Assembly: GCA_964583625.1 (NCBI GenBank)
Contig: CAZOVA010000001.1
Span: forward strand, 76,465 to 140,464
Direction of reading: 5' to 3'
Source: an uncultured Pseudomonadales bacterium
GTDB taxonomy: Bacteria > Patescibacteriota > Microgenomatia > UBA1400 > PJMF01
DNA: 64,000 nt
In this document: positions 11,301-20,950 of the stretch, one piece after another
How positions within the stretch are numbered: position 1 is the first letter of the stretch
How the letters are laid out: each line of letters opens with the position of its first letter
Made by a program: the position numbers and the translations under genes
Notes under the pieces: model-generated
Seen by the model: the letters and a program-made list of their open reading frames with translations, nothing else
Told to the model about the DNA's origin: nothing
The model's database searches: none

Positions 11301-11903
11301 CTTTGTCTTTCTTCTGATGTATTAGGAGAAATTAAAGGAACAGAAGCTTTGAAAAATTTTTCAGTTGATGATTCTGACATGAGCAGGTTTCATGAGGCAC
11401 ACAAAGCTGCCTATATGACTTTTGTAATGGCTTTGCGACTCTCTGTTCCTGGGGAAATTGATTATATTAAAAATCGTCTTATGAGTGGTGAGGCTTCTCG
11501 AAATCTTCTAAATAATAGAAGATATAAAATGAAAATTATCGCTATGAGAGAAGCGATTCTCCAGGGAGTCAATGATCCTGATAGAAAAGGAGGGTTGAAA
11601 GAAGAGTTTCGTCGTCACCTAATTGATGGAATGAAAGTAGATCTGAGAACTAGGGGAGGCTATGATCGAATGTTTGTTGGAGCAGTCAAATTTAATGATT
11701 GGTTAATTGAATTAGCCAATAGTAACAAGGAGTACCTGCGACCAGTCTCTAAAATTTTACCAGGATATCTAGAAGTGAGAGAGGGAGGGAAATTGGTTAG
11801 ATTAGAGGTTCCCAAAGAAGGCTGGATGAGGCGCAAATGGTTTCAGGAGGACCGTCTCAGAATGCCCTCAAGTCCTTTTTTAAGAAGAGTCCCAGAAAAA
11901 TAA
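8364..11903 (+). CDS. Large hypothetical charged/coiled-coil protein (1179 aa)
   Basis: Uninterrupted 3.5-kb ORF, E/K-rich N-terminal half, TGATATAAT upstream; no motif recognised. Confidence 0.75.
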   Translation: MNEFSPYKFDSEKLDKLSRASTEDKQEQKDKLRSEYILRIFSKQASSEYAFQDETFTLRQIRGEIRSLSGQKDTKEKLQKINELVKKIQTKIDSMDVLINTEKLDIQDSTELDPSMQELEKDDPDWKKNYSKKVSPLVEEQMAWRYLLEEIDKIKTRDKPTEEREGEDEASEESRSRSREETRREEGVDFSEVERKALAFLENQDEKNKDLDIEDAKIVELIKELRKEIPKQELILETRKKQYERASEGKDKSKSEIREALDAFVEEKERLRLFVETVAKYERLKQQKEGRITPADKKNYVEEIDFESRGYNGLELKEKIVNECLEQGENKLRNLTSIIYLVKKLNSENLVSGTEDLIKILEDLSEREENKGKLADYLDSQEPEGLFEKTGSAIKNLELGPKITVNVDYPEGLDDEEKNRYKTAARNNISEEYRDLIKDTVYSCLAKMIVDLEISFEGADMISSKAREFDNKFLTIDQILGVMNSYKGFFEVTDTSNMAITKVLEKRKEQLLQSMEARGVDKDFIAGFMSQIDNIKDALDFGFLRNDVLNYRYLGARWTKDAEGNRIPQVVERMSSVISIGKKGIDAQRVNTNINGEQQTMKIGEYFDNRLEWSDEMGILQQILCVVKQELMKQPIGSGLRSKNGADESKYSMANLFNSQEKVNDLIGDVIEGRVQYTFFNGEPIKCKNKEGRFEEINIAKTIKEMNLGSEEKAILMQMAMMLASARDFGGDATSYHMAYNLTASKLPPEATDPRTFDKPAAGIYYESRNNQEKIPSCFFVLTNLEAGSLFNREDADSPGFIEKYEIAAKATTAWARLMAEFPQLQNIQFLEGTRSDNKEANTDERYVLKPAELSPEDNEGRQTYKDYCVCHSFDGRVLPSIGHFVSQRERKLEQKTGDEKKQIDASTYPPDAYLKLFAAHQRLFERGDLATNLEEVKRKFFTPEGEIKHDDIVQEISSCNTDIAILMSYLGPWKEKTKLCLSSDVLGEIKGTEALKNFSVDDSDMSRFHEAHKAAYMTFVMALRLSVPGEIDYIKNRLMSGEASRNLLNNRRYKMKIIAMREAILQGVNDPDRKGGLKEEFRRHLIDGMKVDLRTRGGYDRMFVGAVKFNDWLIELANSNKEYLRPVSKILPGYLEVREGGKLVRLEVPKEGWMRRKWFQEDRLRMPSSPFLRRVPEK

Positions 11904-12008
11904 TATCAGCGACTATCTATTTTTTAGTATGAAGCTTTAGTTTTAGAGTTTATCAGAAAGCACCCTATTTTTCTGTAAGTTTTGCAGAAAATCGAGGATT
12001 TTTAAATA

Positions 12009-14087
12009 TTACTTTTCTGCCAAATCATCACTTGGGAGTTTTGTTCTTGCTGGATTGTTCGCTTCCTCTCCCGCTTTAGCTCCATCAAATGAGCCAGTAG
12101 CCCCGTCAGCGGTAAAGCTTTTCTTTTTAAACAAGTAGCTTGGATATTTAGCCCCATTATCGAGCCAACTCTTAAAGCTTTTGTTTTCATTCAACCATTT
12201 GTCTACTTCTCCTGTGTCTCTTCTCGCACTAGTTAAATGATCCTTTAATTTTTCAGCCCTTTGGACAATTTTTTTATATTTATCTATATGCCATTTTGAA
12301 GGTTCCACAGAGGGTTTAAAAACCGATTTTGCCACATTGATAAAATTTCCAGAGCCGAGATCTCTTCCTATTACTGAATATTTTATAGTGCTTGATCTGC
12401 CTTTTCTATAAGCACTTTTTCCATAATCTATTAATCCTCTACGAAAACTAGCATCTGGATCTATTCCCATTCCTTTTCGGAAAGCACCTCGGGACCCTTC
12501 ATAGGAGTCTCTTATACTTAAACCAGATCTCTTTAGGTCTGAAAAACTTTTAGCCTTTTCTTTTATTCCTGAACCAAGAGGCCTTAATAGCCCTCCGCCA
12601 ACTGCTCCAGCTGTACCAACCGCTATTGAGGCCCCCAGAGGAGCTTGTTTTCTGAAGTTTTGCCCAGCTGCAGTGGCAATTTCACCAAAGAAGCCCTCGT
12701 TGCCACCGCCCAATTTTTTCTTGATATTATTAACAATCTCTGGCATAGCCAATAAAATGCCCAAAGAGACAATTGTTCCCACCGAGCCAGTTACTTTATC
12801 TCCAGAATAATCTCCATTATTAAAAATCAAATAGGGGGCTAAAAACCCTCTAGGTCTTTCACTCTCTTGAGCAATAGCTCTTCCTAGTGGAGCTTCACTG
12901 ACAGTTTGAGCTTGAAAAAAATTATTGACGGTGGAATTAATTACCAACATAAAAAAAGTAATTACAAAAGGAGACAGATTGGCAATAATAGACATAATCC
13001 ACCTTTGAAAACTCTTACTTCCAGGGATAGCAGTCAACATGAGACTAAAGGGGGCAAAAATAATATTCATGATGACTATAGCATATGATCTCAAGAGTAA
13101 AAACAAAAGACGAAAGAGATTAACAGCAATGGCGATAATAATAATTGCCGTCGCTAGAACACCAGTAAGAGTTGAAAGCACACCTTTAAAGATGCCCACT
13201 ATACCACCTATACTTGCAAATAAGCCTTCAGATATAGTATTAACAGATCCAAAGACATTTCCTAAATCTCCAATCAACACCATGTTCATGACCGTACCGA
13301 AATTACCATTAACCAAACTATTAGCACTAGTATTGCCACTGAAATTTAAAAAAGTGGTGAAGGCATACATGATCCAATACATTAAATCGATTAAGAAGCC
13401 AGCAATCGCATAAGAGAAGGTGACAGCAATTAAAGCTAAGACAATTCTTGGCAGCGCTTGTTGAGCCGTGACCGCTGCTTGCCCACCAATTTTTTGACGG
13501 AAAAGAATCATAAAACTGATAGCGATAATCACAACTGTAAAGAAAATGTAGGCAATATTGCGGAACATTCGCCAGAGTTGCAAATAAGGAGTAAGAGAAT
13601 AATAGCCAAAACCCTGGGCATAAGCAGGTGAAATAACACCTAGATTTTTGAGCGATTCAGCCACAAAATAAGTTCCGCTGGCTGGGGGTTGATAAGTCCA
13701 AGCAAAAATTTTCCCCATTTGACCCATTAAACCACCAGTATTAGTGGTCCCGCCACCAACGGTGGCTGAGGGAGTCCCGATTAGTAGGCCAGTATAGCCT
13801 AAAACTTGAGAAGTCTGCATGGAAGAGGTAAAACAGTCTAGATTGGCGACATTACATTTAGCTCCCTCGAAAAAATCTAGAGTTCTTGTCTCAGACTCCA
13901 CATATTCAGTATTGAGTTGAGTAATTTTAACTTGAGAAGGGCTAGCAAGACTAGGATCGGAGATAGTAATAACCTGATTGTCGTTTTGGGCAAAAATTCT
14001 TCCCCCAATAAGAACTATTACAGCTAAACCAACCAAAATAAAGGAAACATTAGTAACCAATCGCCCCAATTTTTTCGGCATCTTCAT
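12009..14087 (-). CDS. Multi-pass membrane protein, TrbL/VirB6-like (CPR type)
   Basis: Central multi-TM block (LWRMFRNIAYIFF..., ALPRIVLALIAVTFSYAIAGFLIDL, IIFAPFSLMLTAIPG) followed by a Gly-rich then basic cytoplasmic tail. Confidence 0.6.
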   Translation of the reverse strand: MKMPKKLGRLVTNVSFILVGLAVIVLIGGRIFAQNDNQVITISDPSLASPSQVKITQLNTEYVESETRTLDFFEGAKCNVANLDCFTSSMQTSQVLGYTGLLIGTPSATVGGGTTNTGGLMGQMGKIFAWTYQPPASGTYFVAESLKNLGVISPAYAQGFGYYSLTPYLQLWRMFRNIAYIFFTVVIIAISFMILFRQKIGGQAAVTAQQALPRIVLALIAVTFSYAIAGFLIDLMYWIMYAFTTFLNFSGNTSANSLVNGNFGTVMNMVLIGDLGNVFGSVNTISEGLFASIGGIVGIFKGVLSTLTGVLATAIIIIAIAVNLFRLLFLLLRSYAIVIMNIIFAPFSLMLTAIPGSKSFQRWIMSIIANLSPFVITFFMLVINSTVNNFFQAQTVSEAPLGRAIAQESERPRGFLAPYLIFNNGDYSGDKVTGSVGTIVSLGILLAMPEIVNNIKKKLGGGNEGFFGEIATAAGQNFRKQAPLGASIAVGTAGAVGGGLLRPLGSGIKEKAKSFSDLKRSGLSIRDSYEGSRGAFRKGMGIDPDASFRRGLIDYGKSAYRKGRSSTIKYSVIGRDLGSGNFINVAKSVFKPSVEPSKWHIDKYKKIVQRAEKLKDHLTSARRDTGEVDKWLNENKSFKSWLDNGAKYPSYLFKKKSFTADGATGSFDGAKAGEEANNPARTKLPSDDLAEK

Positions 14088-14144
14088 AAACTGTTAGTCA
14101 TTATAGCGCAACTTCTATTTTCATGCAAGACTATTTTACTGTTA

Positions 14145-15245
14145 TTATTCCAAAAAATCTTGTAACTTTTTTCTACGGCTAGGATTACGCAAATTTCTCA
14201 ATGCTTTGCTTTCAATTTGGCGAATTCTTTCTCTGGTGACGCCAAACTCTTTCCCCACCTCTTCCAAAGTCATCATTCGACTATTGGATAAACCAAATCT
14301 CATCCGCAACACTTTTGCCTCGCGATCATTAAGGCCCTCAAGGATATCTTCAATATTTTCAGCTAACATTTGTCGGCTAGCACTATCATAAGGGGTAGCC
14401 ATGCGATTGTCGGCCACAAAATCGCCCAAAACGCTATCTTCTTCACCGTCATCGCCCACGGGAGATTCTAAAGAAACGGTATTTTGCGAGATTTTATAAA
14501 TTTCTCTTACTCTATCTGGGGTAAGGTTCATTTCTCTAGCAATCTCATCAATTGTGGGCTCGCGCCCCAATTCTTGCATAATCTTGCGACTGGTACGCAT
14601 AAGAGCATTAATGGTTTCAACCATATGAACGGGGACGCGGATAGTTCTCGCTTGGTCAGCAATTGAGCGAGTGATAGCTTGTCTAATCCACCAAGTAGCA
14701 TAAGTAGAAAACTTAAAACCCTTAGTCCAATCATACTTATCGACTGCTCGAATCAAACCCTTATTGCCTTCTTGAATTAAGTCTAAGAAACTCATTCCTC
14801 GACCAATATACTTTTTTGCAATCGCTACCACTAGCCTTAAATTGGCATTGATTATTTTTTGTTTAGCTCTCTCGCTTCCTTTTTCTACCTGCTGAGCCAG
14901 ACGGATTTCCTCTTCACGAGAAAGAAGAGAGACTCGACCAATTTCTTTTAAATACATCCTGACCGGATCAGAAACAGTGCTATTATTAAAATTGGCAATA
15001 GTTTCCAATTCGCTTTTGAGCAAATCGGCTGTTTCTTGTCCACATTCTTCTTTGGCTACAGACTCGCAAATGGTGATACTAGCTCTTTCCGCTCGATCAT
15101 AAAAACTATCCAAAGCTTCAATATACAGTTCTGGCTCAATGAAGGTCTGTAGAATATCTTCTTGAGAAATATTACCGTTTTCTCGACCTTTGGCGAAGAG
15201 TTTTTCGATGTCGACAGCTAGAGCTTTGGGAAGTTTTTTACTCAT
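14145..15245 (-). CDS. rpoD: RNA polymerase primary sigma factor
   Basis: [62 protein letters not shown]. Confidence 0.98.
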   Translation of the reverse strand: MSKKLPKALAVDIEKLFAKGRENGNISQEDILQTFIEPELYIEALDSFYDRAERASITICESVAKEECGQETADLLKSELETIANFNNSTVSDPVRMYLKEIGRVSLLSREEEIRLAQQVEKGSERAKQKIINANLRLVVAIAKKYIGRGMSFLDLIQEGNKGLIRAVDKYDWTKGFKFSTYATWWIRQAITRSIADQARTIRVPVHMVETINALMRTSRKIMQELGREPTIDEIAREMNLTPDRVREIYKISQNTVSLESPVGDDGEEDSVLGDFVADNRMATPYDSASRQMLAENIEDILEGLNDREAKVLRMRFGLSNSRMMTLEEVGKEFGVTRERIRQIESKALRNLRNPSRRKKLQDFLE

Positions 15246-15334
15246 ATTATAAAGATGCGATATTATAACATAAGATAGAGTCTTTTTATGCTACAATAAA
15301 TCTGAAAAATCAAATCAAAATTAGAAAAACCTTC

Positions 15335-16465
15335 ATGTCTTACAAAGTAGCTTTAGTCCATGATTTTTTGGCAGAATATGGTGGGGCGGAAAGAGTAGTG
15401 GAAGCGCTGCATCAGCTTTTTCCCAAAGCTCCCCTTTATGTCGCTTTTGCTGACCTAAGTTCTTTTGGCAGTCAGCGGAAAAATTTTTCCAAAATGGACA
15501 TTCGTTTTACTTGGCTACAATATATTCCCTTCGTTAGTCGCTGGCGCTCACCTTTGCGTCTTTTAGCACCAGGCGCTTTCGCCAAATTAAACTTATCAAC
15601 TTATGATGTAGTGGTTTCTTCCAGCAATGCCTACCACGCCAAGTCCGTTAAAGTCCCCAAAGGAATTCATTTATGTTATTGTCACACTCCGCCACGATCA
15701 CTTTATGGCTTTGACGCCTCTAGTAATTGGCAAAAAAACCCCTTAGTTAAATTGGGTGGACAGTTAATAAATCATTTTTTAAGACAAAAAGATTTTCTCG
15801 CCGCACAAAAAATTGATCAGATTATAGTTAACTCGCAAACAGTGGCTCAGAGAGTTAAAAAATACTGGCGACGGGAGAGTGTAGTCATTTATCCGCCCGT
15901 AGCTTTGGTGGAAAAGGCTCCTAAAATCTCTCCCTTAAAAAAAAGAAATTACTATCTTTTTGTCAATCGCTTAAATTATGCGAAACATCCAGAAATCGCC
16001 ATTCAAGCTTGTTTAGATTTACATCTGCCTTTAAAAATAGTTGGAGTTGGTCCCTTAAGGTCTAGTTTGGAGCAGCTCAGTCAAAAAGATCGGACCTCTC
16101 AGATTGAATTTTTGGGAGGAGTAGGGGATGAAGAACTAGTCAAGCTTTATAGTGGAGCTAAAGCGGTACTTTATCCAGTTATCGACGAGGATTTTGGCAT
16201 TGTCCCGATTGAGGCCATGGCTTTTGGCACCCCAGTTATTGCTCATCGTTCTGGTGGACCAACGGAAACTATTATTGAAAATAAAACTGGAGTCTTTTTT
16301 GATGATTTAAAAGTAGCCAGTCTTAAAGAGGCGATACAAAGAGCTGAGCAAATAAGTTTTGACTTCCAAACCCTCCATCGCCAAGCTTTAAAATTTAGCC
16401 AAAAAAACTTTCAGGATAAAATTCTCAATTTAGTGGAAAAAACAATTGCCAATAAACGAAAATAA
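15335..16465 (+). CDS. Glycosyltransferase family 4
   Basis: ALVHDFL..GGAERV, CYCHTPPR, EDFGIVPIEAMAFGTPVIA. Confidence 0.93.
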   Translation: MSYKVALVHDFLAEYGGAERVVEALHQLFPKAPLYVAFADLSSFGSQRKNFSKMDIRFTWLQYIPFVSRWRSPLRLLAPGAFAKLNLSTYDVVVSSSNAYHAKSVKVPKGIHLCYCHTPPRSLYGFDASSNWQKNPLVKLGGQLINHFLRQKDFLAAQKIDQIIVNSQTVAQRVKKYWRRESVVIYPPVALVEKAPKISPLKKRNYYLFVNRLNYAKHPEIAIQACLDLHLPLKIVGVGPLRSSLEQLSQKDRTSQIEFLGGVGDEELVKLYSGAKAVLYPVIDEDFGIVPIEAMAFGTPVIAHRSGGPTETIIENKTGVFFDDLKVASLKEAIQRAEQISFDFQTLHRQALKFSQKNFQDKILNLVEKTIANKRK

Positions 16466-16469
16466 GTCC

Positions 16470-17165
16470 CTAAAAGTCCCGATCAATTAATCGGGCGATT
16501 TCTAGATCAAAAGGAAAAGTAACCTTCAAATTTTTGTGGTCGTTTTCCACCACTCGAACTTTTTTTTGCAAAAATTTTGTAACCAGTTCGCTTTCATCAG
16601 TCATTTTTTGATAATTAGCTTCCAAAGCTCGATCATAGGCTTGCAAAATTAGTTTTCTTTTAAAAACTTGAGGTGTTTGCGCTTGCCAAATTTGCTCCCG
16701 ATTGGCGGCATCATAATTATCTTTTTTTTGATCAACAATTTTGATACTATCAGTTGCTCGTGCCGCGACTAAGGCAGCCCCTGTCTTTTCAGCCACCTTG
16801 AAACTTTCAACAATCGTCTTTTTTTTAATCAATGGGCGAGCTCCATCATGAATAGCCACAATTTCTCCTTTGCTAGCCTTGATGCCCGCGAGTGAAGACT
16901 GCCAACGCTCTTTTCCTTGTCCATCAATAATTCTAATCCTTTTCTCTTGAGGAAATTTTTCTTTGAGCAGTTTTTCATAAAGGCTTAATTTGGTGGCATT
17001 AGCTACCACAACAATTTCGTCAACAATCGGCAAGAGAAAAGCCTCAATGCTTTTTTCCAAAATTTTTTTACCATTAATCTCCATCAACAACTTATCAGTG
17101 CCAAACCTAGTGCCATTGCCAGCGGCAGTGATTACAACGCTATTTTTTATTTTTTTCTTAGGCAT
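16470..17165 (-). CDS. ispD: IspD/TarI-family cytidylyltransferase
   Basis: AAGNGTRFG..K, IHDGARP, QTPQVF, TDES, NLKVT. Confidence 0.85.
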   Translation of the reverse strand: MPKKKIKNSVVITAAGNGTRFGTDKLLMEINGKKILEKSIEAFLLPIVDEIVVVANATKLSLYEKLLKEKFPQEKRIRIIDGQGKERWQSSLAGIKASKGEIVAIHDGARPLIKKKTIVESFKVAEKTGAALVAARATDSIKIVDQKKDNYDAANREQIWQAQTPQVFKRKLILQAYDRALEANYQKMTDESELVTKFLQKKVRVVENDHKNLKVTFPFDLEIARLIDRDF

Positions 17166-17227
17166 AACTTATAATTAGTCGTGAAAGCAATTGCAAATCA
17201 TGCAAAAAGATCGCTTATAATAACTCT

Positions 17228-18073
17228 ATGTCGCCAAAATTTTCACTCATCGTTGTTAATTATAATAGCGCGACTCAAACTTTGGCTATGATTAATTCTT
17301 TTTTGAAGAATCATACAAAGAGCTCCGTTAAGTTTGAAATTGTTATTGTTGACAATCATTCAAAGCCAGCAGATAAAAATTTATTAAAAGATAATTTAAA
17401 AAAAATAGACTTTGGAGCAATAAAAACCTTTTTTTTACCCACCAATATTGGCTTTGGCCAAGCAAACAATTTAGCCGTTAAGCACAGTAGAGGAGAGTTT
17501 TTACTTTTTCTTAATCCAGATACTATTTGTCTTGAGAGCCTAGCGCCACTTTTTACCATGCTCGAAAAAGAAGAGATAGGAATAGTTGCTCCACAATTAG
17601 TTTTGAGTGACGGTAGACAACAAGCGGAAGCACAAGGAGATTTTCCCAATCTTTTGACTATTTTTAAAAAGAAGCTCTTTTTTTTGTCAATAAAAAAAGC
17701 AACTCAGCCTAAATTTAATAATGAAAAAAAGAAAAAAATTATTAGGTGTGATTGGTTATCTGCTGGCTGTTTTGCTTGTCGAAAGAACCTTTTTGAGTTA
17801 TTAGGCGGATTTGACCCACAATTTTTTATGTATTTTGAAGATATTGACTTATGTCGGCGCGCTAGCAACTTGCAAAAGCAAAACTATTTATTGCCGTCAT
17901 TGTCAGTTATTCATTTAGGAGGAGAAAGAAAAACAATGACTAGAGCGCGCCGGCGCGCTTATTTTTCTTCGCAAAAAAAATACTTTCAATCTTGGCATCC
18001 TTGGCAATTACCTTTATTGCTTTTTTTTCGCTTCCCGTATCAAGTTTTTTGTTTTTTAACCGACTCGCCATGA
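17228..18073 (+). CDS. Glycosyltransferase family 2 (rhamnosyltransferase-like)
   Basis: IVVNYNS, IVDNHS, NIGFGQANN, FLNPD, GGFDPQFFMYFEDIDLC. Confidence 0.92.
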   Translation: MSPKFSLIVVNYNSATQTLAMINSFLKNHTKSSVKFEIVIVDNHSKPADKNLLKDNLKKIDFGAIKTFFLPTNIGFGQANNLAVKHSRGEFLLFLNPDTICLESLAPLFTMLEKEEIGIVAPQLVLSDGRQQAEAQGDFPNLLTIFKKKLFFLSIKKATQPKFNNEKKKKIIRCDWLSAGCFACRKNLFELLGGFDPQFFMYFEDIDLCRRASNLQKQNYLLPSLSVIHLGGERKTMTRARRRAYFSSQKKYFQSWHPWQLPLLLFFRFPYQVFCFLTDSP

Positions 18074-19347
18074 AAAAATTTTCTCGTCTTCTAGTATTAA
18101 CAATTTTAGGCTCTCTTGCATTAGGACAGCTTACTCGCTGGCAAATCAATCCTACCACTGCTTTTTATTTTCATGACTTTTTGCTGGTTATTTTTCTTCT
18201 TTTTCATTTACCGAGTCTGTATAAACAAGTGATTAGTTTAAGTAAAAGCATTTTTTCTCAACTAAAAAATTTTACTATAGTAAAAAAGTTAAACTTAGCC
18301 CTTTTAACTATTTTTTTGTTAGTTTTTTTATATCAAACCTTTAGCTATTTACTGCCCGCTTTATACTTTTTACGCTTTTTTGCCTATATTATTTTTTTGC
18401 TCCAAGTTTATCAACAAAGACTTTTTACGCAAAAGGAATGGCAAAAAATTTTCACCTGTTTTTTCTTTAGTTTGGCACTGATCGGTTTAGGACAGTATCT
18501 TTTTTTACCAGATACCAGTTATTTGGAAAATTGGGGTTGGGACGATCATCGTTATCGCTTAATTGGTAGTTGGTTTGATCCCTCTTTTCAAGGCTTAGCT
18601 TATGTTTTCGGTCTTGTGTTTACTTTTGCTTTAGGGAAAAATAAGAAAACTAAAAATTGGTTTTTGTTTTTATTACTTTTTGCCGTTCTACTTTTAACTT
18701 ATTCCCGTTCTTCTTTTTTAGCGCTTTTGCTTATTTTTCTAGCTTATCTATTGAGTTGCCGACTTTTAATTTTAAAAGAAAAGAAGTTGGCTTTTAATAA
18801 AAATATTTTACTGTTTATTTTTACTCTCGGCTTCTTTTTTTTATTAAGCTACTTTCTTTTTGTCTACCAAGCAAGAAACTATTTATCGGATTCTACTAAT
18901 TTATTGCGGACCAATTCTTTAGTCCTTCGTTATCAAAATTTTTATCAACAACTTCAAAGTTTTACAGTCAAAACCTGGTTTTTTGGCGATGGTTTTTTAG
19001 GTATTGGCCAAAAAGAACCTTTTTCTTTTAGTAATAATGATCTTTTTTGGTCGAAATGGCTTTTGGCAAAAGAAAATCTGACAGTAGCTAAAAAAACTTT
19101 ACCGATAGCTGATAATTTTCTCATTCTTTTGATTAAAAGTTTTGGTTTGCCAATAGCGATTTTTGTTCTCTGGCAATTATGGAGACTATTCCTTTGCTGG
19201 TGGAAACAAAAATCGCCAGTTTTTTACTTAAGTCTGGCTCTTTTTATTCATGCTCAATTTAATCAAGCTGTTTTTCAGCCCTTTGTGCTTTTAACTTTTG
19301 GCTTGCTAATGATTTATTTTCTCCACCAAAAGCAAGGCAGTAAATAA
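18070..19347 (+). CDS. O-antigen ligase/polymerase-like membrane protein
   Basis: About 11 TM segments, RLIGSWFDP and LLTYSRSS motifs. ATG 18070 overlaps the GT2 stop (ATGA). Confidence 0.7.
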   Translation: MKKFSRLLVLTILGSLALGQLTRWQINPTTAFYFHDFLLVIFLLFHLPSLYKQVISLSKSIFSQLKNFTIVKKLNLALLTIFLLVFLYQTFSYLLPALYFLRFFAYIIFLLQVYQQRLFTQKEWQKIFTCFFFSLALIGLGQYLFLPDTSYLENWGWDDHRYRLIGSWFDPSFQGLAYVFGLVFTFALGKNKKTKNWFLFLLLFAVLLLTYSRSSFLALLLIFLAYLLSCRLLILKEKKLAFNKNILLFIFTLGFFFLLSYFLFVYQARNYLSDSTNLLRTNSLVLRYQNFYQQLQSFTVKTWFFGDGFLGIGQKEPFSFSNNDLFWSKWLLAKENLTVAKKTLPIADNFLILLIKSFGLPIAIFVLWQLWRLFLCWWKQKSPVFYLSLALFIHAQFNQAVFQPFVLLTFGLLMIYFLHQKQGSK

Positions 19348-19500
19348 AAATTTTAATCTTTAGTAAAATTTTTGGTGATTGAATAATTAGCAAATCTATT
19401 AATTGTTTTAGTTCAAAAATTGAATTTTTAAGTGGACGTTTTCTTAAAAAATTGCTTTTGAAGTAAGGTATAATAACCTTGCTTGAGTTTTTTAAAATTT

Positions 19501-19574
19501 CGGAGTGTAGCTCAGATGGCTAGAGTGCGCGCTTTGGGAGCGTGAGGTCGCAGGTTCGAATCCTGTCACTCCGA
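19501..19574 (+). tRNA. tRNA-Pro (TGG), CCA not encoded
   Basis: CGGAGTG/CACTCCG acceptor stem, D-arm GCTCAGATGGCTAGAGT, anticodon loop TTTGGGA, T-arm GCAGGTTCGAATCCTGT. Confidence 0.96.
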
Positions 19575-19704
19575 CATTTGCCTTTTTGAAAATAGAACTT
19601 AGATTTTAGTTTTCCTCTTTTCCAGTTTAATTTTTCAATTTCGTTTAGTATTGTCGTTGATTTCTAATACTTGATGTTTTTTTCTCCACTCAACATTTTA
19701 TTCC

Positions 19705-19733
19705 TTGACAAATCTTATCTGGTAAAATATAAT
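19705..19733 (+). promoter_or_regulatory. Consensus sigma70 promoter of the radical SAM gene
   Basis: TTGACA-17 nt-TATAAT. Confidence 0.85.
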
Positions 19734-19892
19734 TTGTCTATGTTTGTGCTACTAATAAGAGGTAATTTTGTCTTATAGTAGTACATCAGTTCTTTCACAT
19801 GATGATTTAAAGATGGCTTTAAATTGGTGGGTATCTTGCCCGCCAGCTTAAAGCCATCTTGAGATAGTTGGCTAAAAAGGAGGAGAGTAAAA

Positions 19893-20840
19893 GTGGCAAT
19901 TCAATCACTTAGCATTAATCTGACAAAAATGACTAATTATGGAACACTTATTTGTGATGGAAAATGTCCGCAGTGTATTGCCAAAGCAACTTGGAAAACT
20001 GGCGTTCCAAACAATGATCTGATTTCACTCAATCTAAGCAAAGCCCTTAACTATGCCAAACTTCACGGGGTAGATACGGTCGTTTTTACTGGCTCTGTTG
20101 AGCCCTGCATTTGTTCTGAACTCATTTCGCTGGTTTGCCGCGTCAAAGACGCTGGCATTCCATCCATTGAAATTCAAACAAATGGTTACAAAATTTCGCA
20201 GGACAACTATGATCTGCTAAAAAAACTAAAACAGGCAGGACTCACAACAGTGGCGATTTCGGTCAACCACATTGATCCGATTGAGAACAATCGACGCATG
20301 GGCTTCAAAGATAATAGTTACAATTACAAAAACCTTCTTACTAAAATCAAATCTCTCGGTGGGATTTTAGGAAGAGTTTCCTTCAACTTAACTAAGGGAA
20401 GCTTTTTCGAAGACAGACTGAGCATGCTCGGTCTTGAAGAGGGAATGTCTTTCCCAGAACAATTCGTAGAACAACATTTTGTTCCCTGGGCTAAAGAAAT
20501 GAGCGCTATCGGCGCTCATCAGTTGACATTAAGAACAATGGGGAAAGCACTTAATCCGCTCAACACTGATGAAGCGCGAGCGGTTGGGCAGTGGGTCGAC
20601 GACAATCCATTTCCCGAAGATTACAGACTTGCCATTTTTAATTATATTCAAAACGGCAAGTTTCCTCGATTGCGTCGTCTTTACTATGGTCCTTATGTTT
20701 ATAGTTTTTTTGGTATGACTATTGTAGGGACCACCTGTAAACAAGAAGAAACAGTAAACGAAAACGAAATTCGTGGTATCATACTCCAGCCAGATGGGAA
20801 TGTCCATCATAGCTGGGATTATCCAAGCATCATCATTTGA
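19893..20840 (+). CDS. Radical SAM protein of unknown function
   Basis: CDGKCPQC (CxxxCxxC), FTGSVEP, EIQTNG, GLTTVAISVNH. GTG start after AAGGAGG. Confidence 0.88.
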   Translation: MAIQSLSINLTKMTNYGTLICDGKCPQCIAKATWKTGVPNNDLISLNLSKALNYAKLHGVDTVVFTGSVEPCICSELISLVCRVKDAGIPSIEIQTNGYKISQDNYDLLKKLKQAGLTTVAISVNHIDPIENNRRMGFKDNSYNYKNLLTKIKSLGGILGRVSFNLTKGSFFEDRLSMLGLEEGMSFPEQFVEQHFVPWAKEMSAIGAHQLTLRTMGKALNPLNTDEARAVGQWVDDNPFPEDYRLAIFNYIQNGKFPRLRRLYYGPYVYSFFGMTIVGTTCKQEETVNENEIRGIILQPDGNVHHSWDYPSIII

Positions 20841-20845
20841 AAAAT

Positions 20846-20880
20846 TACCCCGTATTGCTTAGGCGACACGGGGTATTTTA
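20846..20880 (+). terminator. Intrinsic terminator
   Basis: TACCCCGT...ACGGGGTA stem followed by TTTTA. Confidence 0.75.
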
Positions 20881-20950
20881 TTGGACTTAGGTCTAAAACT
20901 TTTCAGTTGCATATTTTTTTCAATATCTATTCATCATTTTCATAAATTTC

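Noticed and set aside
19501-20950. Integrative element at tRNA-Pro
   Set aside because: No integrase and no duplicated tRNA 3' end (att site) seen.
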